Source: Candidatus Portnoybacteria bacterium (GTDB lineage Bacteria; Patescibacteriota; Minisyncoccia; Portnoybacterales; GWB1-42-6). From it: DNA of 64,000 nucleotides. The notes below the pieces were generated by a model. It had not been told where the DNA came from, did no database searches, and was given only the letters and a program-made list of their open reading frames with translations. Location of the stretch: NCBI GenBank assembly GCA_028688325.1, contig JAQTYI010000002.1, positions 9,395 through 73,394 of the forward strand. The letters are read 5' to 3'. The position numbers and the translations under genes were made by a program. Below, piece after piece: positions 9,943 through 19,027 of the stretch (positions are counted from its first letter, which is position 1; every line of letters starts with the position of its first letter).

Positions 9943-10227
9943 GTGTTGCCAAAAACCCATCGCCACACTTTGGGACAAAAAATAGATAATTTATTGGTAG
10001 AAATTATTGAAGCAATTGCCATTGCTATTTTCTTGAAACCCGAGGAAAAAATATCGTATGTCAGAATAGCAATCAGAAAAACTGACACTTTAAAAATTTT
10101 TCTAATGATACTTTGGGAAACTAAATCTTTGGATAATAAAAAATACATTGCTCTTTCGGAAAAATTAAACGAGGTTGGCAGAATGCTCGGCGGTTGGAAC
10201 GGACAACTTTCAAAACCCATAAAATAA
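9943..10227 (+). CDS. avd: Avd-like accessory variability determinant (four-helix-bundle, 23S-rRNA-IVS protein family)
   Basis: 94 aa that aligns with the C-terminal three helices of the in-window paralog at 52721-53083 (FLRIT/YVRIA; LETQIIIAKDL/LKIFLMILWETKSL; EVQKML/EVGRML). It appears N-terminally short and lies on the strand opposite the RT. Confidence 0.55.
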   Translation: MLPKTHRHTLGQKIDNLLVEIIEAIAIAIFLKPEEKISYVRIAIRKTDTLKIFLMILWETKSLDNKKYIALSEKLNEVGRMLGGWNGQLSKPIK

Positions 10228-10266
10228 AACTCTCCCGGCAAGCAGCCAGGAGAGAAATGAAAAGAG

Positions 10267-10397
10267 TTGCGCAACCCGCAGACGGATTGTCGGCGTTCCA
10301 ATCGTTGTCAAGCCAGTTGTAGTTCCAGTTCCACTCGCCATCGTCGTTGCGATAGAGATAGAGCACATTGCGGTTGCCGTCCGGGTTGCGAAGAATT
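10267..10397 (-). repeat. DGR template repeat (TR)
   Basis: 131 bp matching 10799-10929 except at 15 positions. All 15 are T on the plus strand, i.e. A on the coding minus strand, in this copy. Confidence 0.85.
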
Positions 10398-10787
10398 GTA
10401 TAGAATGCCTTCTATTCCACCACCCATTGAATTCTCTTTGGGTTGAATTTTATTCGACATCTCATTCAGCAGAATGACCTACTGGGTTAATGCCATAGCA
10501 TCTTACACCAAGTATCTTCATTTTTTGAAGTTTCTGCATACACCACTCTATCCGAAACCATAGTCGCGGATATTCTCAATGTATGGATACTGGTTTCGAC
10601 TGCGAGAAACCTTAATCGCTCGCACATTCATCTACTTCCATTCATATTTTAGCATAAAAAAAGACCCCATGCATTTTGTTGCAGGAGGTCTGGAAATGTA
10701 TTCGCACATTTCGAAAGCGTTGCGGAAAAATTTCCGCGCTCCAAGGACAAAGAACAAAGGATTCAAAAGATCCCAGATTCAAATGCC

Positions 10788-11474
10788 CTATGACTGACTT
10801 GCGCAACCCGCAGACGGACCGTCGGCGTTCCAAGCGATGCCAAGCCAGTAGTAGCGCCAGTGCCACTCGCCATCGTCGTAGCGATAGAGACAGAGCACAT
10901 CGCGGTCGCCGCCCGGGTAGCGAAGAATTTGGCCGAAGAAATCCAGGTAGGAGATTTTGAAATTCCGATAAAACCACTCGAGAATACTGTTTTCCTTGTT
11001 GGCCTGGTAATCAAGCCATAAAGCGAGGAAAACATTGCCTCCGAAGCGGATGAAGTCGGGTTTTTCTTCTTTCAGGCGGCGGAGCTTTTCTTCGCCCTTG
11101 ATTGACTTCTCGTCTGCCCGAAGGCAAGTTTCAAAAACAAACCTGGCAAGCTCAATTTCTGAGAGAGCCAATGAACGAGGATCAATGTCTTCCTCGCCAG
11201 TTAACCCGTCGCCGTCAATCGGACCTTTCCAGGTTGCCCAACCCTTGCCGAGAAATTCGGCGGGATTGAAGGATTGGGTCAGAACGGATTTCGGATCGCC
11301 GATGATGAAACGGCCGCCATTCTTAAGGAAAGCGGTGAAACGCTTGCCGAATTCCTCCGGTGAAAGATTGATAACATTTTTTTGAAGACGATCTCCATCA
11401 ATTTCGTCCCAACTAACTTGCGTCCCGACACGGGCCGCGACCTCCAGAGCTTGACCGCGAGAAACTGTTTTCAT
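10788..11474 (-). CDS. DGR target protein with C-terminal C-type-lectin/FGE-like variable domain
   Basis: The VR occupies the last ~44 codons. Likely start MKTVSRGQ at 11474, with GGAGAA 5 nt upstream. The annotated longer ORF begins at 11540. Confidence 0.7.
   Translation of the reverse strand: MKTVSRGQALEVAARVGTQVSWDEIDGDRLQKNVINLSPEEFGKRFTAFLKNGGRFIIGDPKSVLTQSFNPAEFLGKGWATWKGPIDGDGLTGEEDIDPRSLALSEIELARFVFETCLRADEKSIKGEEKLRRLKEEKPDFIRFGGNVFLALWLDYQANKENSILEWFYRNFKISYLDFFGQILRYPGGDRDVLCLYRYDDGEWHWRYYWLGIAWNADGPSAGCASQS
10799..10929 (-). repeat. DGR variable repeat (VR) within the target-gene 3' end
   Basis: It differs from the TR only where the TR has A (A-to-N changes). It encodes …[35 protein letters not shown]. 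Confidence 0.85.
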
Positions 11475-11764
11475 GGCTATTCTCCTTTTCTGAATTTGCG
11501 CTTTAACCATATTTAATGGCTCTACGCATGTTTGGCTCACCCCTCATCCCGCCCCATGCGGAACTCCAAGATTGCCGTTATTTGCTTTAAATACGCTGTT
11601 TTTAATGTACTTTATTAATATACACCTTAATAAGATTCTTGTCAAGTCGAGGTGCGGATTATACACAAATAAAACACCCCGTAAAATGCAGGGTATTTTA
11701 TTTGAGATTGAGCCTACAATAAGCGACTCTATCTCATTAAATTATCGTGGACGAAATTTACATA

Positions 11765-12547
11765 CTAATAAATTTCGTAAGTGAGATTCACATCAATGAT
11801 TATTTCGTTCTGGCCGGCTTGTATCTGCGGCACCACTCCGCCTCCGCCGCCCTGACCCCGCGCGTCGCTGGCGTACATCGGAATCGGCTGGCCCGCCGAG
11901 CTTTCATTGAAGCTGGTTATCTTGCCCAAGCTCACGCCCAAGCTCTTGGCCAGGTCGCCGGCTTTCTGTTTGGCTTGTTCAATGGCCTTAGCACGCGCTT
12001 CGTTTTGTTGCGCTTCGGGATTGTCGAAAGTGAAAGTCAGGGAGCCCACCTGGTTGGCGCCGGCCGTAGCGGCCTTGCTCAAAACATCGCCGACTTTCGT
12101 CAAATCCCTTATCTTAACATCCAAATTCTGCACAACTTCATAACCGATAATATCGCTTCTGCCGGAGATATATTGATAGCGAGGCATAACGCTGTAGCTG
12201 GTAGTCTTAAGATCTTCTTCTTTAACTCCCAAGTCCTTCATGGCCTGAGTGATCTTATTCATCTTGTCGGTATTGTCCTTTTGCGCCGCGGCCACCGTGG
12301 CGGCGTCGGAAATAACGGACAAAGAAACCTGGCTGATGTCGGGCTTGGCCACAACTTTCCCCTCGCCGGAAACGGAAATCGTATTTTTATACTGCGATGA
12401 CTGGCCGACATAGCGGCCTTCGATTATCTTGGTATAAGCAGCCGCGGCCAAGAAAATTATCAAAAACGCCGCTACCGCCAAAACCGCCCCCGGCAGATAC
12501 TTTGCCGGCGGAATGATCCTCAGATTGACATTTTTCTCTTCTATCAT
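11765..12547 (-). CDS. SIMPL-domain (DUF541/YggE-like) protein with N-terminal membrane anchor
   Basis: 260 aa of SIMPL family composition with one N-terminal TM helix. Confidence 0.7.
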   Translation of the reverse strand: MIEEKNVNLRIIPPAKYLPGAVLAVAAFLIIFLAAAAYTKIIEGRYVGQSSQYKNTISVSGEGKVVAKPDISQVSLSVISDAATVAAAQKDNTDKMNKITQAMKDLGVKEEDLKTTSYSVMPRYQYISGRSDIIGYEVVQNLDVKIRDLTKVGDVLSKAATAGANQVGSLTFTFDNPEAQQNEARAKAIEQAKQKAGDLAKSLGVSLGKITSFNESSAGQPIPMYASDARGQGGGGGVVPQIQAGQNEIIIDVNLTYEIY

Positions 12548-12571
12548 ATTTTTAAATTAATTATTAATTTA

Positions 12572-12940
12572 TTATTTATTATTTGCCGCTTTTTTTGCGC
12601 CGAATTCTCCGCTCCCGAAATGATGCGCTATCTCGTGGCGCACGGTATCTTGAACTAGTTTTTTGATGGCCTCGGGCGTATGGGCGACCAGTTCAATTGA
12701 ATTTTTAAAAATAGAGATCTTATCAGGCAGCGCCATCGTGTAAGAATTTCTCTGAGTCAGGGGAACCCCTTCATACAGTCCCAATAGGGTCAAGTCGCTT
12801 CTCAATTTCAGCTTTCTCAATTGTTCATTATTGGGCTCATCTTCAACCACAATCGCCACATTTTTCAATCGCGCCAAAAATTCATCCGGAATCTCGTCTA
12901 TTGCCTCCGCTACCAGTTTTTCAAATTCCCCTCTATCCAT
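12572..12940 (-). CDS. Zincin-like metallopeptidase (DUF1025-type)
   Basis: TVRHEIAHHFG HExxH motif in a ~120-aa protein. Probable true start MDRGEF at 12940; the upstream MNIAEFLLPGM is encoded by a dispersed repeat. Confidence 0.6.
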   Translation of the reverse strand: MDRGEFEKLVAEAIDEIPDEFLARLKNVAIVVEDEPNNEQLRKLKLRSDLTLLGLYEGVPLTQRNSYTMALPDKISIFKNSIELVAHTPEAIKKLVQDTVRHEIAHHFGSGEFGAKKAANNK

Positions 12941-13072
12941 ACCAGGTAGTAGAAATTCGGCTATATTCATAAATCCGAATGGACTTGATCAAGCTTGCCA
13001 AACTCCATGATTTTATCTATTTTTACCAGTTAGCGATGATTCGGTTAAACAGCCGAATTTTCACTACCTGGC
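12941..13072. repeat. MITE-like element with terminal inverted repeats (copy 1 of 3)
   Basis: ccaggtagtagaaattcggct … agccgaattttcactacctgg termini around a ~100-bp core shared with the copies at 33036-33180 and 33512-33650. Confidence 0.7.
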
Positions 13073-13120
13073 ATATATATTTCATTATACAATAAAACAG
13101 AGAAAGATTAAAATAAAATG

Positions 13121-13148
13121 AAAAGGCCCCGGTTTTAAGGGGCTTTTT
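13121..13148 (-). terminator. Rho-independent terminator after typA
   Basis: aaaaggcccc-ggttttaa-ggggcttttt hairpin with T-runs on both strands. Confidence 0.55.
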
Positions 13149-13188
13149 CATTTGTTATTCGCTATATGCTATTTGCTAATAGCTAATT

Positions 13189-14973
13189 TTATCTGTTCGC
13201 CCGGGTCCTGTCGACCGCGGTCAGAAGCTGTTTTCGCAAACGGATGCTTTTTGGCGTGACTTCCAAATACTCATCCGCGTTCATTATTTCCAACCCCCGC
13301 TCCAAGGTCAAATCCAGCGGCGGAGTCAGATTGATGGCTTCATCCGTGCTTTTGGAGCGCATATTGGTCAACTGCTTTCCCTTAATGGGGTTCACGCTCA
13401 GATCCTCGCCCTTGGAGGTATTGCCGATGACCATTCCTTCATAAACTTCAACGCCGGCGTCGATATAAAGCACGCCGCGTTCTTGTAAATTATAAAGCGA
13501 AAAGCCCAGCGCCTTGCCGGTCATCATAGAGATCATGGAGCCGACGGAACGGCGCGAGATGTCGCCGGCATACGGCTTGAAACCGACAACCCTGCTGCTC
13601 AAAATTCCTTCGCCTCGCGTATCGATGACAAATTCGCTCCGGTAGCCCAAAAATCCGCGCGTTGGGATCTCAAACATCAAGCGCATATGGCTTTGCTCCG
13701 GTTTCATTTCAACCATTGAACCCTTCCGGCGCGACAGTTTGTCCATCACCGCGCCCACCATGTCGCTGGGCACATCAATGGTTAATTCCTCGAACGGCTC
13801 CAATTTTTGGCCGTCTTGTTCCTTGATAATAACTTGGGGTTGGGAAACCTGCAGCTCATAGCCCTCGCGGCGCATATTTTCCAGCAAAATGGCGATATGC
13901 AATTCGCCGCGACCGTAGACCTTAAAATATTCGCTGGCTGAAAAATCAACCTTGAGCCCCACATTGACTTCCAGCTCCCGTTCCAAGCGTTCGCGGATTT
14001 GGCGGGTCGTCACGAATTTACCCTCACGGCCGGCAAAAGGAGAATTGTTGACCAAAAAATTAAGAGAGATAGTCGGCTCGTCGATATTGATGGCCGGCAA
14101 GGCCTCCTGCGTTTCGTTCTGGCAGATTGTCTCACCGATAAAAATATCGGGCAAGCCCGCCACCATCACAATGTCGCCGGCCGAGGCCTCGTCTGCTTCA
14201 ATGCGTTCCAAGCCCTTGAACGAAAAATTTTTGGTAATTTTTCCCGAGCGCGCCTCGCCCGTCGGCTTTTTAATGAAAACACTCATACCCGGCTTGATGG
14301 TTCCCTCATACAGGCGCCCAATGGCCAAACGGCCCAAAAAATTATCATAAGCCAGATTGAACGGCTGAAAACGCAATTCTTTGGCCGTTGCTTCCAGCGA
14401 AGAAGCCACTGGCACTTCTTTTAAAATTGTTTCGAGTAGCGGAGTCAGATCGTTTGATTCGTCGGTTAATTTCAACTTGGCAATCCCCTGTTTGGCGATA
14501 GCAAAAACCGTTGCAAAATTTAATTGCTCGTCATTGGCGCCCAGATCCATAAAAAGCTCCAGCACCGCGTTATGGGTCCACTCGGGCCTGGCCGCGGGTT
14601 TGTCTATCTTGTTTATGACGACTATGGGCTTGATTCCCAGTTCCAGAGATTTTTTCAGCACAAATTTCGTTTGCGGCATCGGGCCCTCCTGCGCGTCCAC
14701 CACCAGCAAAACCGAATCGATGGAGCGCAAAATGCGCTCAACCTCGGAGCCGAAATCGGCGTGGCCGGGAGTATCCACGATATTTATTTTCGTATCTTTG
14801 TAAAAGATAGACGCGTTCTTTGAATAAATAGTGATGCCTCGCTCCTGTTCCAGATCGTTTGAGTCCATGCTCACGCCCGCGGCCGCCACGCCTGTTTGCT
14901 GCAACAGGGCGTCGGTCAGGCGCGTTTTTCCATGGTCCACATGAGCGATAATGGCAATATTGCGAATCTCCAT
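13189..14973 (-). CDS. typA: Translational GTPase TypA/BipA
   Basis: AHVDHGKT G1, DTPGHADF G3, NKIDK G4, and full EF-G-like domain order. Confidence 0.95.
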   Translation of the reverse strand: MEIRNIAIIAHVDHGKTRLTDALLQQTGVAAAGVSMDSNDLEQERGITIYSKNASIFYKDTKINIVDTPGHADFGSEVERILRSIDSVLLVVDAQEGPMPQTKFVLKKSLELGIKPIVVINKIDKPAARPEWTHNAVLELFMDLGANDEQLNFATVFAIAKQGIAKLKLTDESNDLTPLLETILKEVPVASSLEATAKELRFQPFNLAYDNFLGRLAIGRLYEGTIKPGMSVFIKKPTGEARSGKITKNFSFKGLERIEADEASAGDIVMVAGLPDIFIGETICQNETQEALPAINIDEPTISLNFLVNNSPFAGREGKFVTTRQIRERLERELEVNVGLKVDFSASEYFKVYGRGELHIAILLENMRREGYELQVSQPQVIIKEQDGQKLEPFEELTIDVPSDMVGAVMDKLSRRKGSMVEMKPEQSHMRLMFEIPTRGFLGYRSEFVIDTRGEGILSSRVVGFKPYAGDISRRSVGSMISMMTGKALGFSLYNLQERGVLYIDAGVEVYEGMVIGNTSKGEDLSVNPIKGKQLTNMRSKSTDEAINLTPPLDLTLERGLEIMNADEYLEVTPKSIRLRKQLLTAVDRTRANR

Positions 14974-15257
14974 AAAATTTAAATTTATGACTCGAGCAAA
15001 TCAAGGACTTCCTTATTATACTATAATTTATCCCGAGCTCAGCGAGGGAAAACAAAAACTGCCCGAAAGCAGTATAAAAATATTATTCCTCGAGCGAAGC
15101 CCTGAGCGCAGTCGAGAGGTCTTACCACTTGCTTATTCCAAGTTTACCACGAAACTTTAAAAATGGCAAATATATTCCCGCGCCTATGCGCAAATGCGGA
15201 AACAAAAAGAAGTCGGAGTGAGTATGGCTCCGAAGTGGAAACTAATGAACACGCGGG

Positions 15258-16238
15258 TTAAGTCCCGCATTGAGCGCTGACGCCGGAGCTGACTCCGGTA
15301 CCAAAACCCGGCGCCGGCTCAACGGACGATAATTTTTCATCGCACTCGCCCGGCTTATTCGTAAAAGCGGAGCAAACCGCATCCAGCAACGATTGAGGAT
15401 TCCTATTCGGCTGGACCATCTTGCCGTTTATCACCAGAGCCGGAGAACCCTGAACACCATATCTGGCGTTGTCGGCCTGATTAATATCGAATGGCGGAAA
15501 AGACGAATTTCGCCACTGGCTTTTATCAGCCGCTTTGGCGTTGATCTTGAATTGCGCGTCTGTTTGCCCGACGCAACTTGCCACATCAACCTTGGCAGCG
15601 CTCAAACAGAAGTTTGAATCCCCTTGTTTAACAAAGCAACTCAGATAAGCATCCAGCTTGTCCAGTCCTTTTTTTTGAATGCAATATTGCCTGAGATTTT
15701 CATCTATTTCTTTCTGACCGTGCATAGCGTAATCCACGAACTTCAGCTGAAAATTAATCTTTGACTCCAGCAATTCCACCACCGGCAAGATTCCTTTTTC
15801 GATCTGCAAACCATAAGGGCAATAACTCATCACAAACAGCTCCACATCCGGCTTATCCGTTTTAGCGATGTCGCGGTTGGCATTTTGGGCCGGATTAGCC
15901 GATGCCGACGGGCTGGTCTGCTCCGTCTTCTGCTCATCTATATTATAAACTTGCGGATAAAAATTCTTGCCGTCCTTGCTGATATAAGCCGCGATCTCCT
16001 GCGCCCCCACGCCGACCAGAATTTTATACATTCCGTTTTCTTCAACAATACTTTTGACCGCCGCATTAGTTCCGGGCTGGACTAGCTGTTCATTGATGAA
16101 TTTTTCCGCTTTTGTCTTTATCGCTTCCATCTGGCTGGCCGAAACTGAGCCGCCGTTTCCTTTGGCAGAATAAAAATACGCTCCCGTTCCCAGGGCTATC
16201 AATATCAAACTAACGGCGATGATTTTTTTGTCCTGCAT
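15258..16238 (-). CDS. Membrane-anchored thioredoxin-fold (DsbA-like) protein with degenerate CPYG active site
   Basis: N-terminal TM helix. DsbA-like length and Cys pattern, but CPYG in place of CxxC. Confidence 0.4.
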   Translation of the reverse strand: MQDKKIIAVSLILIALGTGAYFYSAKGNGGSVSASQMEAIKTKAEKFINEQLVQPGTNAAVKSIVEENGMYKILVGVGAQEIAAYISKDGKNFYPQVYNIDEQKTEQTSPSASANPAQNANRDIAKTDKPDVELFVMSYCPYGLQIEKGILPVVELLESKINFQLKFVDYAMHGQKEIDENLRQYCIQKKGLDKLDAYLSCFVKQGDSNFCLSAAKVDVASCVGQTDAQFKINAKAADKSQWRNSSFPPFDINQADNARYGVQGSPALVINGKMVQPNRNPQSLLDAVCSAFTNKPGECDEKLSSVEPAPGFGTGVSSGVSAQCGT

Positions 16239-16311
16239 TTTTTTAGTTTAAAATATTTAATACCCGCTAATTTTAACCGATTCGCTTTTTGGCGTCAATG
16301 AATAAACTAAA

Positions 16312-17286
16312 TCAGTTCGGCGTGCAAACAGCGTCGAGTTCTTTTTGGTCCGCCGCGGTCGGCTTATCGTTCGCGCTGATATTTAATTTATACATTATGG
16401 CTTTAGGATCATCTGCGTGAGGAAGACCAAGCGCGTGGCCGAGCTCGTGCGCCAGAAGCCGCACCAGCTTTTCACGGCTGCTGAATTCGTAAATATTGAT
16501 AGCTTGATTTCCGTTGTTGACCTCATAATCTCCTTCGGTGAATTCTTCGCCGCGAGAGGCACCGATTTCATTATATTTTTCCACATTCAAATTAAGGACC
16601 GACACCAGGCGGTTCAGCGCCAGCGCCAAGGAATTTATTTCGGACACATATTCGTTCAAGGCGGCTTCCATTTTCTGTATATCGGTTAACTCGGCTTTTA
16701 TGGTCGTTTCTTCCGCTCGAAGACGGTCGTATTCGGCTTTCGACGCGCTCCTGCCCTTATTAAAAGATTGCACTTTCTGATTATAAGCGGCTTGTCTCTG
16801 GTTAAACAACGCCAAACGCGCGTCGTAAGCCGCTTTTGCCTGGCTATATTGCGCGTTAAGCGTGTTATATCTCGCTTTTAAACTGTCATACGAGGCCCTG
16901 TCTTCATTCACCGTAATACCCAAGTCATTGAGCTTATCGGTTGCCCGCTGGCGGTAATCATAAATAAGATTTATTTTCAGCTCTCCGCTATCGGTGTAAC
17001 CAAAAAGCTGCTTGCCGGCCGTTTTCTCCCATATTGTACCCGCCTCTTTAACAGCTGACAAAAGATCATTTTTGGACAAGCCGAATTTATCATCGAATAA
17101 GCCGAGCGAATAAGTTATGGGCTTTTCACACGGAGCGTAGATGGAAGAAAATCTCACCAAATTTTCTATCTGATGCCGGAAAATAAATCCCGCGATAATC
17201 AGCAATACTGCTGCGATAATGTCGACTAACTTTATTTTCATAAAAAACTTAAAAAATAAATATTCCACGCGATACAACATTCTCAC
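16312..17286 (-). CDS. Matrixin-like zinc metalloprotease with coiled-coil region
   Basis: HELGHALGLPH HExxHxxGxxH motif, N-terminal TM, central Q/A-rich coiled coil. Confidence 0.65.
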   Translation of the reverse strand: MRMLYRVEYLFFKFFMKIKLVDIIAAVLLIIAGFIFRHQIENLVRFSSIYAPCEKPITYSLGLFDDKFGLSKNDLLSAVKEAGTIWEKTAGKQLFGYTDSGELKINLIYDYRQRATDKLNDLGITVNEDRASYDSLKARYNTLNAQYSQAKAAYDARLALFNQRQAAYNQKVQSFNKGRSASKAEYDRLRAEETTIKAELTDIQKMEAALNEYVSEINSLALALNRLVSVLNLNVEKYNEIGASRGEEFTEGDYEVNNGNQAINIYEFSSREKLVRLLAHELGHALGLPHADDPKAIMYKLNISANDKPTAADQKELDAVCTPN

Positions 17287-17310
17287 ATTCTTGAGAATGT
17301 GAGAATGTTA

Positions 17311-17877
17311 TTATTTAAAGCGCACAGGCAAGGAAATTGAATCTTCAAATTCCGGCAAGCCGGACGGATTGTCTTTTTCCAAAACCAGCATTCCGGTGGC
17401 GGTTTGCGGCAAAGTAAATTCCAGCACGACTTCAAAGGGCACAAATTCCGTAGTCATCCAGTCGCTTTGCGCCTGCGCCGGTTTGATTGCCAGCTGCCTG
17501 CCTTGGCCATCAAATAATTTAACGGGGAAAGACGCTTCAAAATACCATGCGCCCCTGGCCCGGCCGGCCACTTTTAGCGGGCTTTGCACGATGGCGTTAA
17601 GTAGTGGCGCGCTGACTTCGATTTTTTCGTTGCCGACCGGAACAATTTCAGTAAAATTTTTATCGCCCGCTCGGCACCGGCGCGGATAGCTTTCCATAAC
17701 GGGATTGCCCATTGCTGCGCATTTTTCAAAGCTGTCTATCACTCTGTTTTTTTGCCAATCAAACACCAAGCACCAATCGCTCTGGCACCAAAAAAGAAAA
17801 ACTGACACCATCGCTCCGGCGCCAACCAAAATTATCGTTAAAATAATATAAATTGATTTCATTTCTGCTTCGTGCAA
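17311..17877 (-). CDS. Exported Gmad2/Ig-like domain protein
   Basis: N-terminal TM or signal peptide. [20 protein letters not shown] resembles the Gmad2 immunoglobulin-like domain. Confidence 0.4.
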   Translation of the reverse strand: MHEAEMKSIYIILTIILVGAGAMVSVFLFWCQSDWCLVFDWQKNRVIDSFEKCAAMGNPVMESYPRRCRAGDKNFTEIVPVGNEKIEVSAPLLNAIVQSPLKVAGRARGAWYFEASFPVKLFDGQGRQLAIKPAQAQSDWMTTEFVPFEVVLEFTLPQTATGMLVLEKDNPSGLPEFEDSISLPVRFK

Positions 17878-18155
17878 TGTCTTAGCCCTGTGGAGGTCTG
17901 ACTTCCACAGAATTTAATCAGATCTATCTTCTTTTTTCTCGGCCAAGTTTTAATTTCCGCTTCGCGGCGGCGGGCCTTTAAGAGAGCTTTGAATTTTTCC
18001 GAGTGTTTTAGGATAACGGGCCGGCGGATTTTAGTGTAGTGCGCGCCTTGCTTGGAATTGTTGTGCTGATGCAATCTTTTTTCCAGGTCGTTGGTGCAGC
18101 CGACATACAGGGACTTGTCGACGCATTCGAGGATGTAGGTATAGTAATATGGCAT
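17859..18155 (-). CDS. GIY-YIG nuclease family protein
   Basis: YYTYILEC…[17 protein letters not shown] is a canonical GIY-YIG motif. Confidence 0.85.
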   Translation of the reverse strand: MPYYYTYILECVDKSLYVGCTNDLEKRLHQHNNSKQGAHYTKIRRPVILKHSEKFKALLKARRREAEIKTWPRKKKIDLIKFCGSQTSTGLRHCTKQK

Positions 18156-18640
18156 CGGACTTTGTCGTTCATTATAAAACTTCTTCTTTTCTCTCTGGCT
18201 TTCTACTAAATTCTTCCGTTAATTTTCTAAATGACTCCTTCCCCAAGAAACCTTCTGTGGTCCGAGCGAGTGGAAAAAATTACCGTATTGGGAAGGAGGG
18301 ATTCGGTTTCGGTTCTCGGCTCGCCGTCGCTCGCCTCGGCCTAACCACCGCCTCGCGGCGCCAGAGAAGAGGCAAACACAGTAAGATGTACTTGAGTTTT
18401 ACCCTCGCAGTTTCACTGCTCGGGGTCTTTTTCTTTTTTATTTAATTTTGCTCTAATTCTGCTGAATTTTCGCAAAATACTAAGGAAACGGAAAAGAGTT
18501 GACTGACTCGTTGTGAACCTATACCTATCAAGCATTATAGAGCTTTCTTGGACATTTTTCCAGAGCCAAACCGACGCAGCCCGGTAGAGGTCAAAAATAC
18601 TAAGAGACCAGATAAAGCCGTGTCTCGTTTTACTAATCCG

Positions 18641-19027
18641 CTACTTCATCCTCGCCTTAATACTTTTAGCAAATTCTACCGGCGTGGTTTGGATCTTTAA
18701 GATAAATTCTATAGCTCCGAACTTGGCGCACTCCTCCCGCAATCCTTTTTTCTCATAATTTGTAAAAACAATCACGGGAATATTTTGGGTTTTTGGATTG
18801 GCCTTTAGGTCTTTTAGAACATCCAGGCCGCTTTCATTGCCCAATAACAAATCAAGCAAAATGAGCTCGGGCTTTTCCGTCTGAGCCATTCTTAACGCTT
18901 CCTGGTGATAAGTAGCCGCCATTAGACACATTCCTTCCAACTCAAAGACGCTCTGATACATAAATATCTGAGCCGGATCGTCTTCAACGAATAAAACCTT
19001 GCGTAGATTTTTTAGTGTCTCAAGCAT
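18641..19027 (-). CDS. Stand-alone response-regulator receiver domain (CheY-like)
   Basis: VLFVEDD…LILLDLLL…VIVFT receiver motifs. The start was trimmed to MLETLKN to reduce overlap with the kinase. Confidence 0.8.
   Translation of the reverse strand: MLETLKNLRKVLFVEDDPAQIFMYQSVFELEGMCLMAATYHQEALRMAQTEKPELILLDLLLGNESGLDVLKDLKANPKTQNIPVIVFTNYEKKGLREECAKFGAIEFILKIQTTPVEFAKSIKARMK

Noticed and set aside
10121-10366. 81-aa minus-strand ORF ending …YRNDDGEWNWNYNWLDNDWNADNPSAGCATLF
   Set aside because: This is the DGR template repeat read in the VR frame, with Asn-rich AAY codons. It has no start context or N-terminal domain. It is a template, not a second target gene.
11747-12400. 217-aa plus-strand ORF
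   Set aside because: Antisense to the well-supported SIMPL-domain gene. The translation is low-complexity.
18149-18445. 98-aa plus-strand ORF in the GIY-YIG / response-regulator gap
   Set aside because: No RBS, a Ser/Leu/Arg-rich translation, and it overlaps a GC-rich region that looks more like structured RNA. It is treated as non-coding.
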